DNA of 64,000 nt from Candidatus Krumholzibacteriota bacterium (lineage in GTDB: Bacteria > Krumholzibacteriota > Krumholzibacteriia > JAJRXK01): positions 1-64,000 of the forward strand of contig CAVSGG010000004.1 of the NCBI GenBank assembly GCA_963727455.1. Reading direction: 5' to 3'. The translations under genes and the position numbers were made by a program. Shown here piece after piece: positions 9,898 through 22,533 of the stretch (its first letter is position 1; each line of letters starts with the position of its first letter). The notes under the pieces are model-generated. The model worked only from the letters and a program-made list of their open reading frames with translations, was not told the DNA's origin and searched no databases.

Positions 9898-12195
9898 ATG
9901 AAGACAGCGGTACAATCGTGGGTTTCCATCTTGCTGTTCGCGTTGATTGTCGCGGGGGCCGGCTGTTCGTCCCAGGACGGGGGCGTTACCGATCCCCTGC
10001 CAAACGTGATTCCACCGGGTGACATTACTGTCGGACCCGATGCAGACGGAACAATGGCGCCTCTAACACAAGCTGTCGCCCAGTCTCAGGCCGGATTCAC
10101 CGTGGTCGTTCTGCCCGGTCAGTACAGCGGGACTCTCGTCATCGACAAGCCGCTTCACTTCCTTTCGAGCGCCGGCAAGGAAAATACGATTTTCACCAAC
10201 GATTCGGACACCACCGCGGTGATCGTTCAAATTTCCGGCAGCTTCAGCGCCACCGATAGTTTGATCTTCGAGGGCTTCGGGTTCAATGGGGCGCGCGAGG
10301 GGATGATCGTGGCTAGTTCCACAGTTCCCATCGCGATGCGCAGGTGCGATGTCTTGGACAATGCGACTTTCGGGGTGCGTGTAGGAGGAGGGTTGGACAA
10401 GGCGCCGGTTGGTGGAGAGATTTCCCTCTGGCAGTGCTTCTTCAATCGCAATGGACTCAGTCAGGACGGCTCACTCGAGGCGGTGGCCACGGCCGGCCTG
10501 TGGTGCCAGGGCTCGACCCTGCGCGCCTCTTCGGTGTTTTTCGAGGGTAACCAGGTGGGTCTCGCTCTCACTGACGGTGCGATTGGAAGCGCGCGCCGCG
10601 TCGGCTTCTACACCAACTTGGACGCGGGCATTTGGACAGAATCCGGAAGCGACCTGGTTTTAAGCGGCGAGAACATAACACCAGCCCTGGAATTGCGAGA
10701 TGGCACTGGTTGGGGCGCGGTAGTCAAAGACAGCCGTTTGGAACTCAGAAGCTATCAGATACTGCGCAACGGTTTGGGGGGGATCCGTTCCATGGGAGGA
10801 ACGATCCGACTGCAAGACGTAAATTTGGACTCCAATCAGCGCTATGGGATTTGGAGTAGCGACTCCACCGACTCCCTCATTTCGACCAAGATTCTCGCAA
10901 CGAAAAAGGTCTTTGACGATTCCTCCTTGGGCATTGGGATACTTGCTGAATCAACCGGTGGGGATCATGTGTTTCGCCTGGAGAACTCCGAGGTCAGCGG
11001 GTCCTACCGAAGCGGAATCATCGCGGGAGGAGATGGCTTGCAACTCCAGTTGAGCGGCAGCCTGGTTGCGAGCAACGGCGTGGCCTGGGTGGATCCAACC
11101 ACGATAGTCGATCCTGGGCTGGCAATTGGTGGGGGGCTGAAGTTGATGCAGGGTGGATCGGCGTCCCTCGATTCCGATACGAATGTTCAGGAAAACACGG
11201 CCAGCTACGGTGGAGGGGTGGCAGTGCTGGACGCGGGCAGTTCCCTGAGCGTGAATAGTGCCAATATCCACGACAACAGCGCGCATGCGTTGGGGGCGGG
11301 ATTCTACATTCGCGAGGGAAGCGTGACTGCCAACGACCTCCAGGTCGAACAGAACAAATCCGCTCAGCGTGGCGGCGGAATGGCCGTGCTTCTCGGAGGC
11401 AGCATCGATGCCGCAAACACCAGCATCGCGAACAATATTGGAACGCAAGGGTCAGGTGGTCTAGATCTCTCCGAAGGATCGGCAACCTTCACAGATGGTT
11501 CGGTCTTCAGCGGAAATACCGGTGGTTCGAGGGATGGCGGGAATGGTGGGGCCATTTACTGCAACGATTCAGCGCTTGATCTTCAAAGCGTTCACTTTGA
11601 GAGCAATTTCGGCGGATATGGTGGGGCTATATACTTGATCAACCTGCCGCGTGATCTCGTGATCTCGGACTGCACTTTCATTCAGAATACCGCTCTCAGC
11701 GCCGCCGCAATTTATGCGCGCGATCTCACCAAGGACTTCCGGATGGAATACTGCGTGATTGCAGGGAACAGGCTCAGCTCTCCTTCCGAGTTCGCGCCCT
11801 CGACCATCTACAGTCAGCAGGACCTCCCCGGCGGCTCGCTCTCATTCGTGGGGTGCACAATTGCGAACAACTCCGGAGGTCTGGCCGCGATAGTTCACCG
11901 CTCCGGACTCATGTCCATGACGGAAAGCGTAGTGGCATTCAACTCGCCCGCGGGCATCAGCGGGAAAGATTTGCAGTTCGTTGATATGTCGTGCAACGAC
12001 TTCTGGTCGAACGGTGAGCTCGATTATGGCATCGGAGCGGAGCCTGGTCCGGGAAGCATCTCAGAGGACCCGCTGTTCTGTGATGCGGCTAACGCGGTCT
12101 ATACCGTCAGCTCGAACTCACCCCTGCTGCCCGCGAGCAATGATTGTGCAACGCAGATCGGGGCCTTGGGACAGGGTTGCGGCATCACCCCCTAG
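9898..12195 (+). CDS. Lipoprotein with right-handed parallel beta-helix (PbH1 / Pmp-like GGAI repeats)
   Basis: Lipobox AGAG-C; repeated N-x-A-xxGGG/GGAIY; C-terminal ISEDPLFCD...SPLLP..C..QIGALGQGC; AGGAG SD. Confidence 0.8.
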   Translation: MKTAVQSWVSILLFALIVAGAGCSSQDGGVTDPLPNVIPPGDITVGPDADGTMAPLTQAVAQSQAGFTVVVLPGQYSGTLVIDKPLHFLSSAGKENTIFTNDSDTTAVIVQISGSFSATDSLIFEGFGFNGAREGMIVASSTVPIAMRRCDVLDNATFGVRVGGGLDKAPVGGEISLWQCFFNRNGLSQDGSLEAVATAGLWCQGSTLRASSVFFEGNQVGLALTDGAIGSARRVGFYTNLDAGIWTESGSDLVLSGENITPALELRDGTGWGAVVKDSRLELRSYQILRNGLGGIRSMGGTIRLQDVNLDSNQRYGIWSSDSTDSLISTKILATKKVFDDSSLGIGILAESTGGDHVFRLENSEVSGSYRSGIIAGGDGLQLQLSGSLVASNGVAWVDPTTIVDPGLAIGGGLKLMQGGSASLDSDTNVQENTASYGGGVAVLDAGSSLSVNSANIHDNSAHALGAGFYIREGSVTANDLQVEQNKSAQRGGGMAVLLGGSIDAANTSIANNIGTQGSGGLDLSEGSATFTDGSVFSGNTGGSRDGGNGGAIYCNDSALDLQSVHFESNFGGYGGAIYLINLPRDLVISDCTFIQNTALSAAAIYARDLTKDFRMEYCVIAGNRLSSPSEFAPSTIYSQQDLPGGSLSFVGCTIANNSGGLAAIVHRSGLMSMTESVVAFNSPAGISGKDLQFVDMSCNDFWSNGELDYGIGAEPGPGSISEDPLFCDAANAVYTVSSNSPLLPASNDCATQIGALGQGCGITP

Positions 12196-12250
12196 CTTGA
12201 AGGAGCGTGGCGGAAACGCGCGTATCGCCATGCGTTTTCCCGAGGCCTTG

Positions 12251-14741
<2,491 letters not shown>

Positions 14742-14816
14742 TCAAGATGGACCCATTTTCCGGCCGCAGCAAACGGATCTTTGCCGACGGCCAAGTCGCG
14801 GAAAAGCCGCGAGAAT

Positions 14817-17657
14817 TCAGCCTTGAGGGACGAGGCTGACCTGTACGTAGCGCTCCAGATCGAGATAACGCCTGGCTGCGGATTGAAGAACCGCCGCGTT
14901 CAGTGAATCGATCAGCTCTTGGGAATCCAACTGCTCCCTCTGGTCGATTCCGTAGCGGTCCCTGAATTCAATCCAGTTTAGCCACTTGCGATTGATCCTG
15001 AGATCGACCTCCAGCTGTCGGCTCTGCTGTTCCTTCAGTTTCGCCACCTCATCCTCGCCCGGGGCCACGGTCTTCAGCTTGGCGAGGGAAGCAAACACCT
15101 CGTGGCTGAGCTCGTCGAGTCGCGCCGGATCGCAGCCGAACATGATGTTCAGAGAATAGGAGGGGACAGGGTAGAGACTGGGATACGCGGCGACACGCAC
15201 TGCGTAAGTTCCCGAAAGCTCCTCGCGGATCAGATCGCGCAGACGAATCTCCAGAAGCTGGGCCAAAGAGGAGATGGCGTGACGATTGGTCCGGTTCCAC
15301 TCGAAGTCCCCGCTGAACACGATCGCGGTGCGACTCTTGGGTTCCTCTCCTTTGTGCACGGTCTTCGTCACTACTTTGTCCGGGGTACGAATCCCCAAAT
15401 CGCGCCAACTCTGGTGCTCGGGCAGTTCGGGAAGCCCACCGATCCACTGCTCGATCGAGCTTTCGACTTTTTTTGGGTCGAGACTTCCCACGAAAACGAA
15501 AGTGAAGCCCTTGGCGTCGGAGAAGCAGCGCTGGAAGAATTCGTAGGCCGGCTGCAACTCGACTTCCTCGAGAGCATGTGAAGTCAACGGCTGCTCCCGA
15601 GGATGATGCCGGGCCAGAATGAGATTCAGCGTATCAGAAAATGCCTGCTCGGGATTCGCAGCCCGGTTGGCAAGGACGGCGGACCAACGCTGCCGCAATG
15701 CGTCGAAGGTCTCCGGATCATGTCTGGGCTGCGTGAAATAGAGGTAGATGGTCTGCAGCATGGCGTCGAAATCACTGGGACTGCAGGCTGCGTTCATTCC
15801 CTCCTCGAGCCGGGAAATATAGGGCCTCACGCTGAGCTGTTTTCCCGCCAACTTCTTGGCGAACTGCGTCGGGGTAAAGTCTCCTACTCCGAGGGCAGGA
15901 ATGAAATGGCCGGCGAGATCGCACGACCAGTGGTCTTCGCCTTCGCACATGCTGCTTCCGCCAAAACGATATGCCCCCATGAGCACTTCGTCGTCCTTGA
16001 AATCGGTGGGCTTCAAAAATATCCGAGCACCGTTGGAGAGTGTCCAGGCATAGAGATCCAAATCGGGATCATGCGAACGCCTCACGATCGTCCCCGCTGC
16101 GGGAGGATCCTGTACGAGGGCCTTCTCGCTGATCTCGTCCTCATATGGGGCAAGTGCTTCCTCGGATACAGATCGGAACACTTCACGAAGCTCTGCGGGC
16201 GTGGGCTGCTCCAAATGGTTCTTGTCCGGCTGCGTGACCACTATCACGCGATTCTTCTCCTGAAAAAAATCGGGAGCGACTGTGTTGACCTCATCCAGCG
16301 TGATGGTAGGAAGGAGGGCCTGGTTGAGGGCGTAGATGTACTCGATGCCGGGTACGGGCGAGTCTTGAAGAAAATTCGCGGATCGCGAAGCGGCGTAGAC
16401 AGCCGACTCCGTGGTGGAACGTTCCCTGTACTGACGCTCCAGCCCGCGCAAGCGCTTTTTCTTTTCTCGCTCGAGCTCGCTGGGCAAAAAACCGTGGCGC
16501 GCGGCCCGCGCGCACTCTCGCAGCACGGCCTTCAATCCCCGGCTTACGCCATGATCGTCCACGATCGCGGTGAGATTGTATTCATCGACGGCGCGAATGC
16601 TTCCTCCGCGGCCAGTATACGCACTGATGAAGGGCGGGTTGGGTTTCTGGACGATTTCGCTCAGACGCGCGTTGAGCATGCGAAACCACAGGCCTTCCAC
16701 CACTGAGCGGCGATAGTCCTTGACCGTCTTGATTTCGCTCGGCTCGGTTTGCACGAGAACCTGTACCCGGCTGACGGTGAGCTCCTTGTCCCTCACCAGG
16801 GAAAAGCGAGTGGTCTCATGAGAGGAAACGGCAGCAGGGGTGCGCGGGCGCTCCGGCTTTGGATTGGAGAGGTCGGAGAAGAGCCCGCGAATGCGGGTTT
16901 CGATCTTCTTTGCATCGAAATCTCCGACGGCAACGACCGCCATCAAGTCGGGGCGGTACCAATCGTGGTAGAAGCGGGTGAGCGCACCATGGGGGAAGTT
17001 CTCCAGGATTTGCTTCTTCCCGATGGGAAGTCGGGTGGCGTAGCGCGAGCCCTCGTACAGTACGGGGAGGATTTGATCGCGCACACGCTGGGAAGCTCCC
17101 AGCCCCCTTCGCCATTCCTCGATGACCACGCCGCGCTCTTTGTCGATCTCCGAGGGCGTGAAATTGAGGGCACCGGCCCAATCTCTGAGAATTTCCAGGC
17201 CGGTCTGAACAATCGAGTCGCGATCCGTGGGCACGGTGAGCATGAACACGGTCTCGTCGAAGGAGGTATGGGCGTTGACGTCGGGACCGAACTCCATCCC
17301 GATGTGTTCCATATAATCGATGAGACGATTGTGGGCGAAGTGCTCGCTCCCGTTGAACGCCATGTGCTCGACGAAATGGGCCAGTCCGAGTTGGTCGTCG
17401 TCCTCCAGGATCGAACCGGCGTTGAGCACGAGACGCAATTCCGCGCGATCTTCCGGCTGTCGATTTTCTCGGATGTAGTAGCGGAGCCCGTTGGGAAGGG
17501 TTCCTACCGTCGTGGCATCGTCGAAAGGAAGGACGGCCACGTCGGCCGTGTCGACCGTGGGCAGGGCAGTTTCCGCAGAACTCGCGTGGCAAACCAGGCC
17601 GGCTCGCAGAGAGGAAACGGCGAAGATCACCAGAAACAGAAGATGGCGACGCTGCAT
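14817..17657 (-). CDS. M16 family zinc protease (PqqL-like), secreted
   Basis: HFVEH inverted zinc motif, GLAHFVEHMAFNG, NAHTSFDETV; two-module length; signal peptide from ATG 17657. Confidence 0.93.
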   Translation of the reverse strand: MQRRHLLFLVIFAVSSLRAGLVCHASSAETALPTVDTADVAVLPFDDATTVGTLPNGLRYYIRENRQPEDRAELRLVLNAGSILEDDDQLGLAHFVEHMAFNGSEHFAHNRLIDYMEHIGMEFGPDVNAHTSFDETVFMLTVPTDRDSIVQTGLEILRDWAGALNFTPSEIDKERGVVIEEWRRGLGASQRVRDQILPVLYEGSRYATRLPIGKKQILENFPHGALTRFYHDWYRPDLMAVVAVGDFDAKKIETRIRGLFSDLSNPKPERPRTPAAVSSHETTRFSLVRDKELTVSRVQVLVQTEPSEIKTVKDYRRSVVEGLWFRMLNARLSEIVQKPNPPFISAYTGRGGSIRAVDEYNLTAIVDDHGVSRGLKAVLRECARAARHGFLPSELEREKKKRLRGLERQYRERSTTESAVYAASRSANFLQDSPVPGIEYIYALNQALLPTITLDEVNTVAPDFFQEKNRVIVVTQPDKNHLEQPTPAELREVFRSVSEEALAPYEDEISEKALVQDPPAAGTIVRRSHDPDLDLYAWTLSNGARIFLKPTDFKDDEVLMGAYRFGGSSMCEGEDHWSCDLAGHFIPALGVGDFTPTQFAKKLAGKQLSVRPYISRLEEGMNAACSPSDFDAMLQTIYLYFTQPRHDPETFDALRQRWSAVLANRAANPEQAFSDTLNLILARHHPREQPLTSHALEEVELQPAYEFFQRCFSDAKGFTFVFVGSLDPKKVESSIEQWIGGLPELPEHQSWRDLGIRTPDKVVTKTVHKGEEPKSRTAIVFSGDFEWNRTNRHAISSLAQLLEIRLRDLIREELSGTYAVRVAAYPSLYPVPSYSLNIMFGCDPARLDELSHEVFASLAKLKTVAPGEDEVAKLKEQQSRQLEVDLRINRKWLNWIEFRDRYGIDQREQLDSQELIDSLNAAVLQSAARRYLDLERYVQVSLVPQG

Positions 17658-17807
17658 GCCCGGACCTTTCACTGAAGTCTGTGGAGAGTGTAGGAGGCCA
17701 GCGCGGTGGAGTCGAGATATCATAGGCGAAAGGGAAGACCCCGTGTGGAACTTGTCGCAGTGGGGGGAGTTCTCCTACCCTCAGCTCGTCCCGAGCGGGA
17801 GACCATC

Positions 17808-19145
17808 GTGCAAAGAACATCCAGAATATTTCTCTGGGCCATCTTGGTCCTCTTGGGTGGCCGGCTTGGCTTCCGAGGGTACGAGGTGGGCAGCTTCGCG
17901 CAAGCTGCGACTCTTGGCGAAGAGGGAAGTTCTGGTGAAGAGGCCAATGCCGGCGAAACGGCGGATTTCGCCGGAGCTTTCGCCTATCGCTTAGCCGGCC
18001 GCGCGGTGTTGCCAGCGAACACCTTTCGTAAGGGCCCAAGCTGCGGGCGCAAAATCTCCTCGCAAAAAGGAGTCGTTGTTCCCATTTCCGACAAGCAGCC
18101 GATCCAGGGCTTTTCGGACCTCGCGATTCATCCCCAAGGAGGACTCTGGGCCCTCAGTGACAACGGCTTTGGCTCGCGCGAGAATTCGCCGGACTACGTG
18201 TTGGTTCTCTATCATCTGCGACCGGATTTCGAAAACGGTATCATCACGGTGCAAGATCTCGTTGAACTGAGCGACCCCCGGCACCTCGCCGGATTCGCCT
18301 TGGTGGCCGATCACAGCTTCTACCCCGGAACTGACGATTCCGTCGATGCACGAATCAAAACTCGCCGCCTGCTCACCGGAGCCGATTTCGACCCGGAGGG
18401 ACTGGTGGCCCGGCCTGACGGCAGCTTTTGGCTCGGGGATGAGTTCGGCCCTTTTCTTCTGCACGTGAATACGCGGGGCGAGCTTCTGTCGGCTCCGGTG
18501 CCGACGCCGGGGGTGGAAGCTCCCGAAAATCCTTTTTTGAACGGGCGCATCGCCAACCATCCTTCGAGCGGTGGCTTCGAAGGACTATGCGCATCGGTAG
18601 ACGGCAAGCTTCTCTATGGTCTGCTCGAAAAGACCGCCGCGGGGGATCCGGCAAGAACTCTGCGACTCTACCGTTTCGATCCCATCCAGGAGAAGTTCGT
18701 GGGTAAGCCACCGTTCTTGCTCTATCCCCTCCATGGATCGAGTGACCGTTACATTGGCGCGGTGGAGGCGCTCGACTCCACGACCGTGGCCGTTCTCGAA
18801 CGGGATAACGAAGAGGGAAGTGCTGCGCGCTTCAAGAGGATCTACCTCGCGCATCTCGATCAAAGAGAAGGCGGCATCCTGCACACGAACGAGTTGGCGG
18901 ATCTCTTGCGGATTCCCGACCCGGTGGGGATGGCGGCCAAAGTCGAGGGTGCGCGGGCGCCCGCCACGCTCGCCATGCCCTTCATTACGCTCGAGGGACT
19001 GGCCAAGATCGATGACCACACTCTGGCCGTGTGCAATGACAACAACTTCCCTTTCAGCGTTGGTCGGCACGAGCGGGAGGGCCGACCCGACGACAATGAG
19101 ATCATCCTGCTTCACTTCGAACACACTCTGGGATCTCATCGCTAG
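17808..19145 (+). CDS. Esterase-like activity of phytase family beta-propeller protein
   Basis: QPIQGFS, LSDNGFG, DFDPEG, GDEFGP, SGGFEG and NDNNFPFS motifs; N-terminal hydrophobic segment. Confidence 0.85.
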   Translation: MQRTSRIFLWAILVLLGGRLGFRGYEVGSFAQAATLGEEGSSGEEANAGETADFAGAFAYRLAGRAVLPANTFRKGPSCGRKISSQKGVVVPISDKQPIQGFSDLAIHPQGGLWALSDNGFGSRENSPDYVLVLYHLRPDFENGIITVQDLVELSDPRHLAGFALVADHSFYPGTDDSVDARIKTRRLLTGADFDPEGLVARPDGSFWLGDEFGPFLLHVNTRGELLSAPVPTPGVEAPENPFLNGRIANHPSSGGFEGLCASVDGKLLYGLLEKTAAGDPARTLRLYRFDPIQEKFVGKPPFLLYPLHGSSDRYIGAVEALDSTTVAVLERDNEEGSAARFKRIYLAHLDQREGGILHTNELADLLRIPDPVGMAAKVEGARAPATLAMPFITLEGLAKIDDHTLAVCNDNNFPFSVGRHEREGRPDDNEIILLHFEHTLGSHR

Positions 19146-21766
19146 TCGCGGCGACTCGCCAGAAAACGGAAGATCTCGCGAAGGACGGTCAGGTGGCCGG
19201 CCGGTTTCACGCCTAGCGCGATGTTGGCATCTGCGATGGCGAAGGCCTCCTTCCATTGTCCAATGAGCACCCGCCACATTTCCCACGCGGAGTGGCGTGG
19301 ATCGTAGAAATGAGTGGCTTCCCCGGTGAGCCCATTGAGCTCGAGAATCTTGAAGTCTCGGCCGGCTCGGAGAGCGTCTTCGCTCCCGGCGCGAAGGTCG
19401 AAGCGTCCGAAGAAAAAGCCCTCGTAGCTGCGCGCGATACGGTCGATGCGCTTCTGCAGTTCGCGGCTCAAGAGGTGTCGACCGTCCAAAAAGAGCGCTC
19501 CCCGGGCGTGGGAGCCGAGTTGGGCCAGCTGGACCGACTCACCTTTGGGAATGATTTCGAAGAGCCGATCGGCGAGATGAGTCATGTAGGCCTTCGCCAT
19601 GCACACCGCCCTCTTGTCGTCCAAAATGAGCTCCTCCAGGCGGCGCTTACCGTCCCCCACCACAACCGGCAGCCGTTTCTCGGTGAGGGAGAGGATCTCT
19701 CCGCGCTCCTGGTTTGGGAATCGCCGGTAAAACACGCCGTATTCTGGCCCCGAGACGTACTCCTGGAGCAAGAGGTCTTCCTCGTGGCGCTCGTTACACC
19801 GCTCCGCGCGGCGCGAGCACAATTCCTCCTCGCTATGCACGATGAAGACGTGTCGGCTGCGTTCCCCACGATCCGGTTTGAGGACGAGGGGAAAATCGAG
19901 TCGCTCCTTGGTCATGAACTCACGTACCCGCGACAGGACTTGCGGAGTTGTGAGGGACTTGGGGAGAAGCAAAGTACTTGCGACGAACTCGCGGCTCAGG
20001 GCGAGACCCTGGAGGATCTCCCATTTGCTCTCACCCACGAGGCCCCCCAGGGAAATGGCGGGATTTACCGCGGTGACCCGGGCAAATCCTCCGCGACGCA
20101 GCGAGAGCAGGATGATTCGAAAAATCACCGGAAAATAGACCGCCCAGTGGGGCCAGAATTCCGACTTGGTGAGACGCCGCCAGCGTCCCACGAGGAGCCT
20201 GCGACCGCGGTGGGTGAAGGCGGGCACGACACCCCTCAGGAACAGCATCACGGTGAGGAGCGTGAGCACCAGCACCCAGAAGGCATTGTGCTCGAACTTG
20301 GCCCACAGGGGAGCGGCGCGCTCTCCGATGATCAGCGTGAGCCCCAGCAAGAGCGGAGTCCACAGGGCGACCGCGACAAAGAAGTACAGGGCGAAAATCC
20401 AGTAACGCGCTCGCACCGCTCCGGCCAACAAATAGGTGGGAAGTCTCGTGCCCGGAATGAAGCGGCTCAGCAGGATCACCATCATGCCTCGTCGCTCGAA
20501 CCAACTCGCGGCCAGGCGCAGGTCTTCCTCGCTGACGAACCACTTCCAAGGGGCACGATGTACCGCGGAGCGCCCCAGGGCCCTGCCGGCGAGATAGAGC
20601 AGTTGGTCCCCCAGGTAAATGCCCAGAAAGCAGGCCGAGAAACCGGCCAGAAGCGGCAGGCGTCCGTGCGCGATCAACAGACCGGTGGTGATGCAGGTGA
20701 TGTCCTCGGTAATGAAGGTTCCGATGACGATGAGCAGAAGGAGGATGAAGAGCGAGAGCCCCTCCGCCGGCTGTACTTTGATTTTGGAGAAGGATTCGCG
20801 AGCGGCCGCAAGCCTCTTTGGCGAGGACTCGTCCTTGCTCAGCGCCTCGCCGCTTTCGACTTTGCCGAAGAAGTCGTCCAGATCGGCGGCAACTTGCTTC
20901 TCCCTGGTCCACAGAATGAAGTGGTTTCCCGAAGTGTAGACGCGCAGCTCGCTCTGAGGTACGAGCCGGTGATGTTCACGCGCGGCGGCAAAGGGCACCA
21001 GGGAGTCGTTACGCGCGTGAAGAATGAGCAGCGGAGGACGAAATTTCGCCAAAATTCCGCGGAAAGGGCGTTGATCGGTGTCGAAGAAGTTTCGCGCGTA
21101 GGCCACGCTCAGAACATCGTGATCGAGTAGGCCGAAATGCGGGGTGAGTTCTTCCAGTCCCCAGAGAAATACCAGCTGAATTCCGTGGATGATGTGGTTG
21201 AGTTCGTAATTTCCCAGGAGTTCCAGTTCCTGAACGCCGATAGAACTCACCATGGAGAGCGAAGCGACTCGAGCCGGGGCGCGTTGATAGAAATCGAGCG
21301 CGACTCCTCCACCCATGGAAAAAGCGACCAAGTGGACGCGCTCGATTCCCAACGTGTCGAGAAGTTGCAGGCAATAATCGGCGTGAGCAAGGGTGGAATA
21401 GTCGGGGACATGGTGGTCGGACAGGCCGAAGCCGGGCAAGCTGGGCGCGATCACGCGGCGATCCTTCGCCAGCGAAGACTCCAGCTCACGGAAGTCTCGC
21501 AAACTTCCCGGCGATCCGTGGAGCAACAGGACGGGGGTCGTAGCCTGGGCTCCGTTTTGCGGACCGAGATCCTTGTACACCACGCGGACCCTCTGCCGCG
21601 GATCGCGATTCGTATCGCGGACCGCCTGCGCCATGAACTCCGAGCAATCGGGAGGGATTGCCGGCACCTCGTGGTGGATACGACGGTACACATGAGAGGA
21701 GAGAAGGAGGACGAGGTAGACCAGCAGGAGCCAGCGCTTTGTGTGACCTCGCAAAAGGGAAGTCAT
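19142..21766 (-). CDS. Three-domain fusion: alpha/beta hydrolase + DedA/VTT membrane domain + ATP-grasp ligase
   Basis: HGSPG, AFSMGG, D(NDSLV) and H(GNHF) triad; DedA motifs GIYLGDQLLY and SRFIPGTR; ATP-grasp motifs LVLKPDRG, LLQEYVSGPEYG, GRFDLR, ILELNG; ATGA overlap with the upstream gene. Confidence 0.88.
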   Translation of the reverse strand: MTSLLRGHTKRWLLLVYLVLLLSSHVYRRIHHEVPAIPPDCSEFMAQAVRDTNRDPRQRVRVVYKDLGPQNGAQATTPVLLLHGSPGSLRDFRELESSLAKDRRVIAPSLPGFGLSDHHVPDYSTLAHADYCLQLLDTLGIERVHLVAFSMGGGVALDFYQRAPARVASLSMVSSIGVQELELLGNYELNHIIHGIQLVFLWGLEELTPHFGLLDHDVLSVAYARNFFDTDQRPFRGILAKFRPPLLILHARNDSLVPFAAAREHHRLVPQSELRVYTSGNHFILWTREKQVAADLDDFFGKVESGEALSKDESSPKRLAAARESFSKIKVQPAEGLSLFILLLLIVIGTFITEDITCITTGLLIAHGRLPLLAGFSACFLGIYLGDQLLYLAGRALGRSAVHRAPWKWFVSEEDLRLAASWFERRGMMVILLSRFIPGTRLPTYLLAGAVRARYWIFALYFFVAVALWTPLLLGLTLIIGERAAPLWAKFEHNAFWVLVLTLLTVMLFLRGVVPAFTHRGRRLLVGRWRRLTKSEFWPHWAVYFPVIFRIILLSLRRGGFARVTAVNPAISLGGLVGESKWEILQGLALSREFVASTLLLPKSLTTPQVLSRVREFMTKERLDFPLVLKPDRGERSRHVFIVHSEEELCSRRAERCNERHEEDLLLQEYVSGPEYGVFYRRFPNQERGEILSLTEKRLPVVVGDGKRRLEELILDDKRAVCMAKAYMTHLADRLFEIIPKGESVQLAQLGSHARGALFLDGRHLLSRELQKRIDRIARSYEGFFFGRFDLRAGSEDALRAGRDFKILELNGLTGEATHFYDPRHSAWEMWRVLIGQWKEAFAIADANIALGVKPAGHLTVLREIFRFLASRRD

Positions 21767-22533
21767 CCTCCTACCCTCTGCGCCGGGGCGAAGCCCTTTT
21801 TGACTGCGAGATGGAGAGCGTTGGCAAATTCGCGCCGGCTCTCGCGGTTCTCCACGCCCTCGCCGAATACGACGTGCGCGTGAAAGCTTGGCATTTGTAA
21901 GAGCCGGTAAAGATGGTCCGCGAAGGTCATGTCCCCCCACCAGCAGATAGACTGCGAGGCAGGTGGCCAATCCTCGTGCGCCTCGTACCGGAGGGCGGCC
22001 GCGTGCACTGGATAACCCAGGCGCAAGGGCACGTCGAAGAGCGAAGACTTGAACCGTAAAACATTCGAGCCGTCGCTACTTGTTCCTTCGGGAAAGAAAA
22101 CGATCCCCGCTCCGTCATGAAGCGCGCCCTCGATGAGTTCGAGAACCTGCGGAATGTCGGCGTGGTTCGTCCGGTCCACGAAGATCGTGTTCACTTGGCG
22201 GGCAAGAAATCCTATGACCGGCCAGTGGGCCACTTCCGCTTTCGATACGAAAAAGGCATCCAGTTGGGTGGACAAGAGCACGATGTCCATGTAGCTGAGA
22301 TGATTGCTCACCAGCACGAAGGGCGGGTGGGGGGCAATTCCCTCCCGAGTGATCCGCATGCCGCAGATCAAAGCGGTTCCCCTCGCCCAAGCTCGGAAGC
22401 TGAGGACCTTCAGCTTGAGGACGGCACCCTGCCATGCCATGAGGATGAAACGTGAAGGGAATAGGATAGCTAGAACGCCCAGAGTCCACGTAGCGAGCCC
22501 GAGGAGACGCAAAATCGCACGCAGATGCTTCAT
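21763..22533 (-). CDS. PlsC-family acyltransferase (OlsA-like / lysophospholipid acyltransferase)
   Basis: NHLSYMD (HX4D), FVSKAEV, FFPEGTS, CWWGDM; ATGA overlaps at both ends. Confidence 0.92.
   Translation of the reverse strand: MKHLRAILRLLGLATWTLGVLAILFPSRFILMAWQGAVLKLKVLSFRAWARGTALICGMRITREGIAPHPPFVLVSNHLSYMDIVLLSTQLDAFFVSKAEVAHWPVIGFLARQVNTIFVDRTNHADIPQVLELIEGALHDGAGIVFFPEGTSSDGSNVLRFKSSLFDVPLRLGYPVHAAALRYEAHEDWPPASQSICWWGDMTFADHLYRLLQMPSFHAHVVFGEGVENRESRREFANALHLAVKKGFAPAQRVGG

Noticed and set aside
19256-21130. 624-aa plus-strand ORF, and similar long ORFs at 2407-3678, 15603-16706, 33148-34398, 52050-53318, 59261-60262 and 61541-62857
   Set aside because: Antisense shadows of well-supported genes in high-GC DNA; no recognisable motifs.
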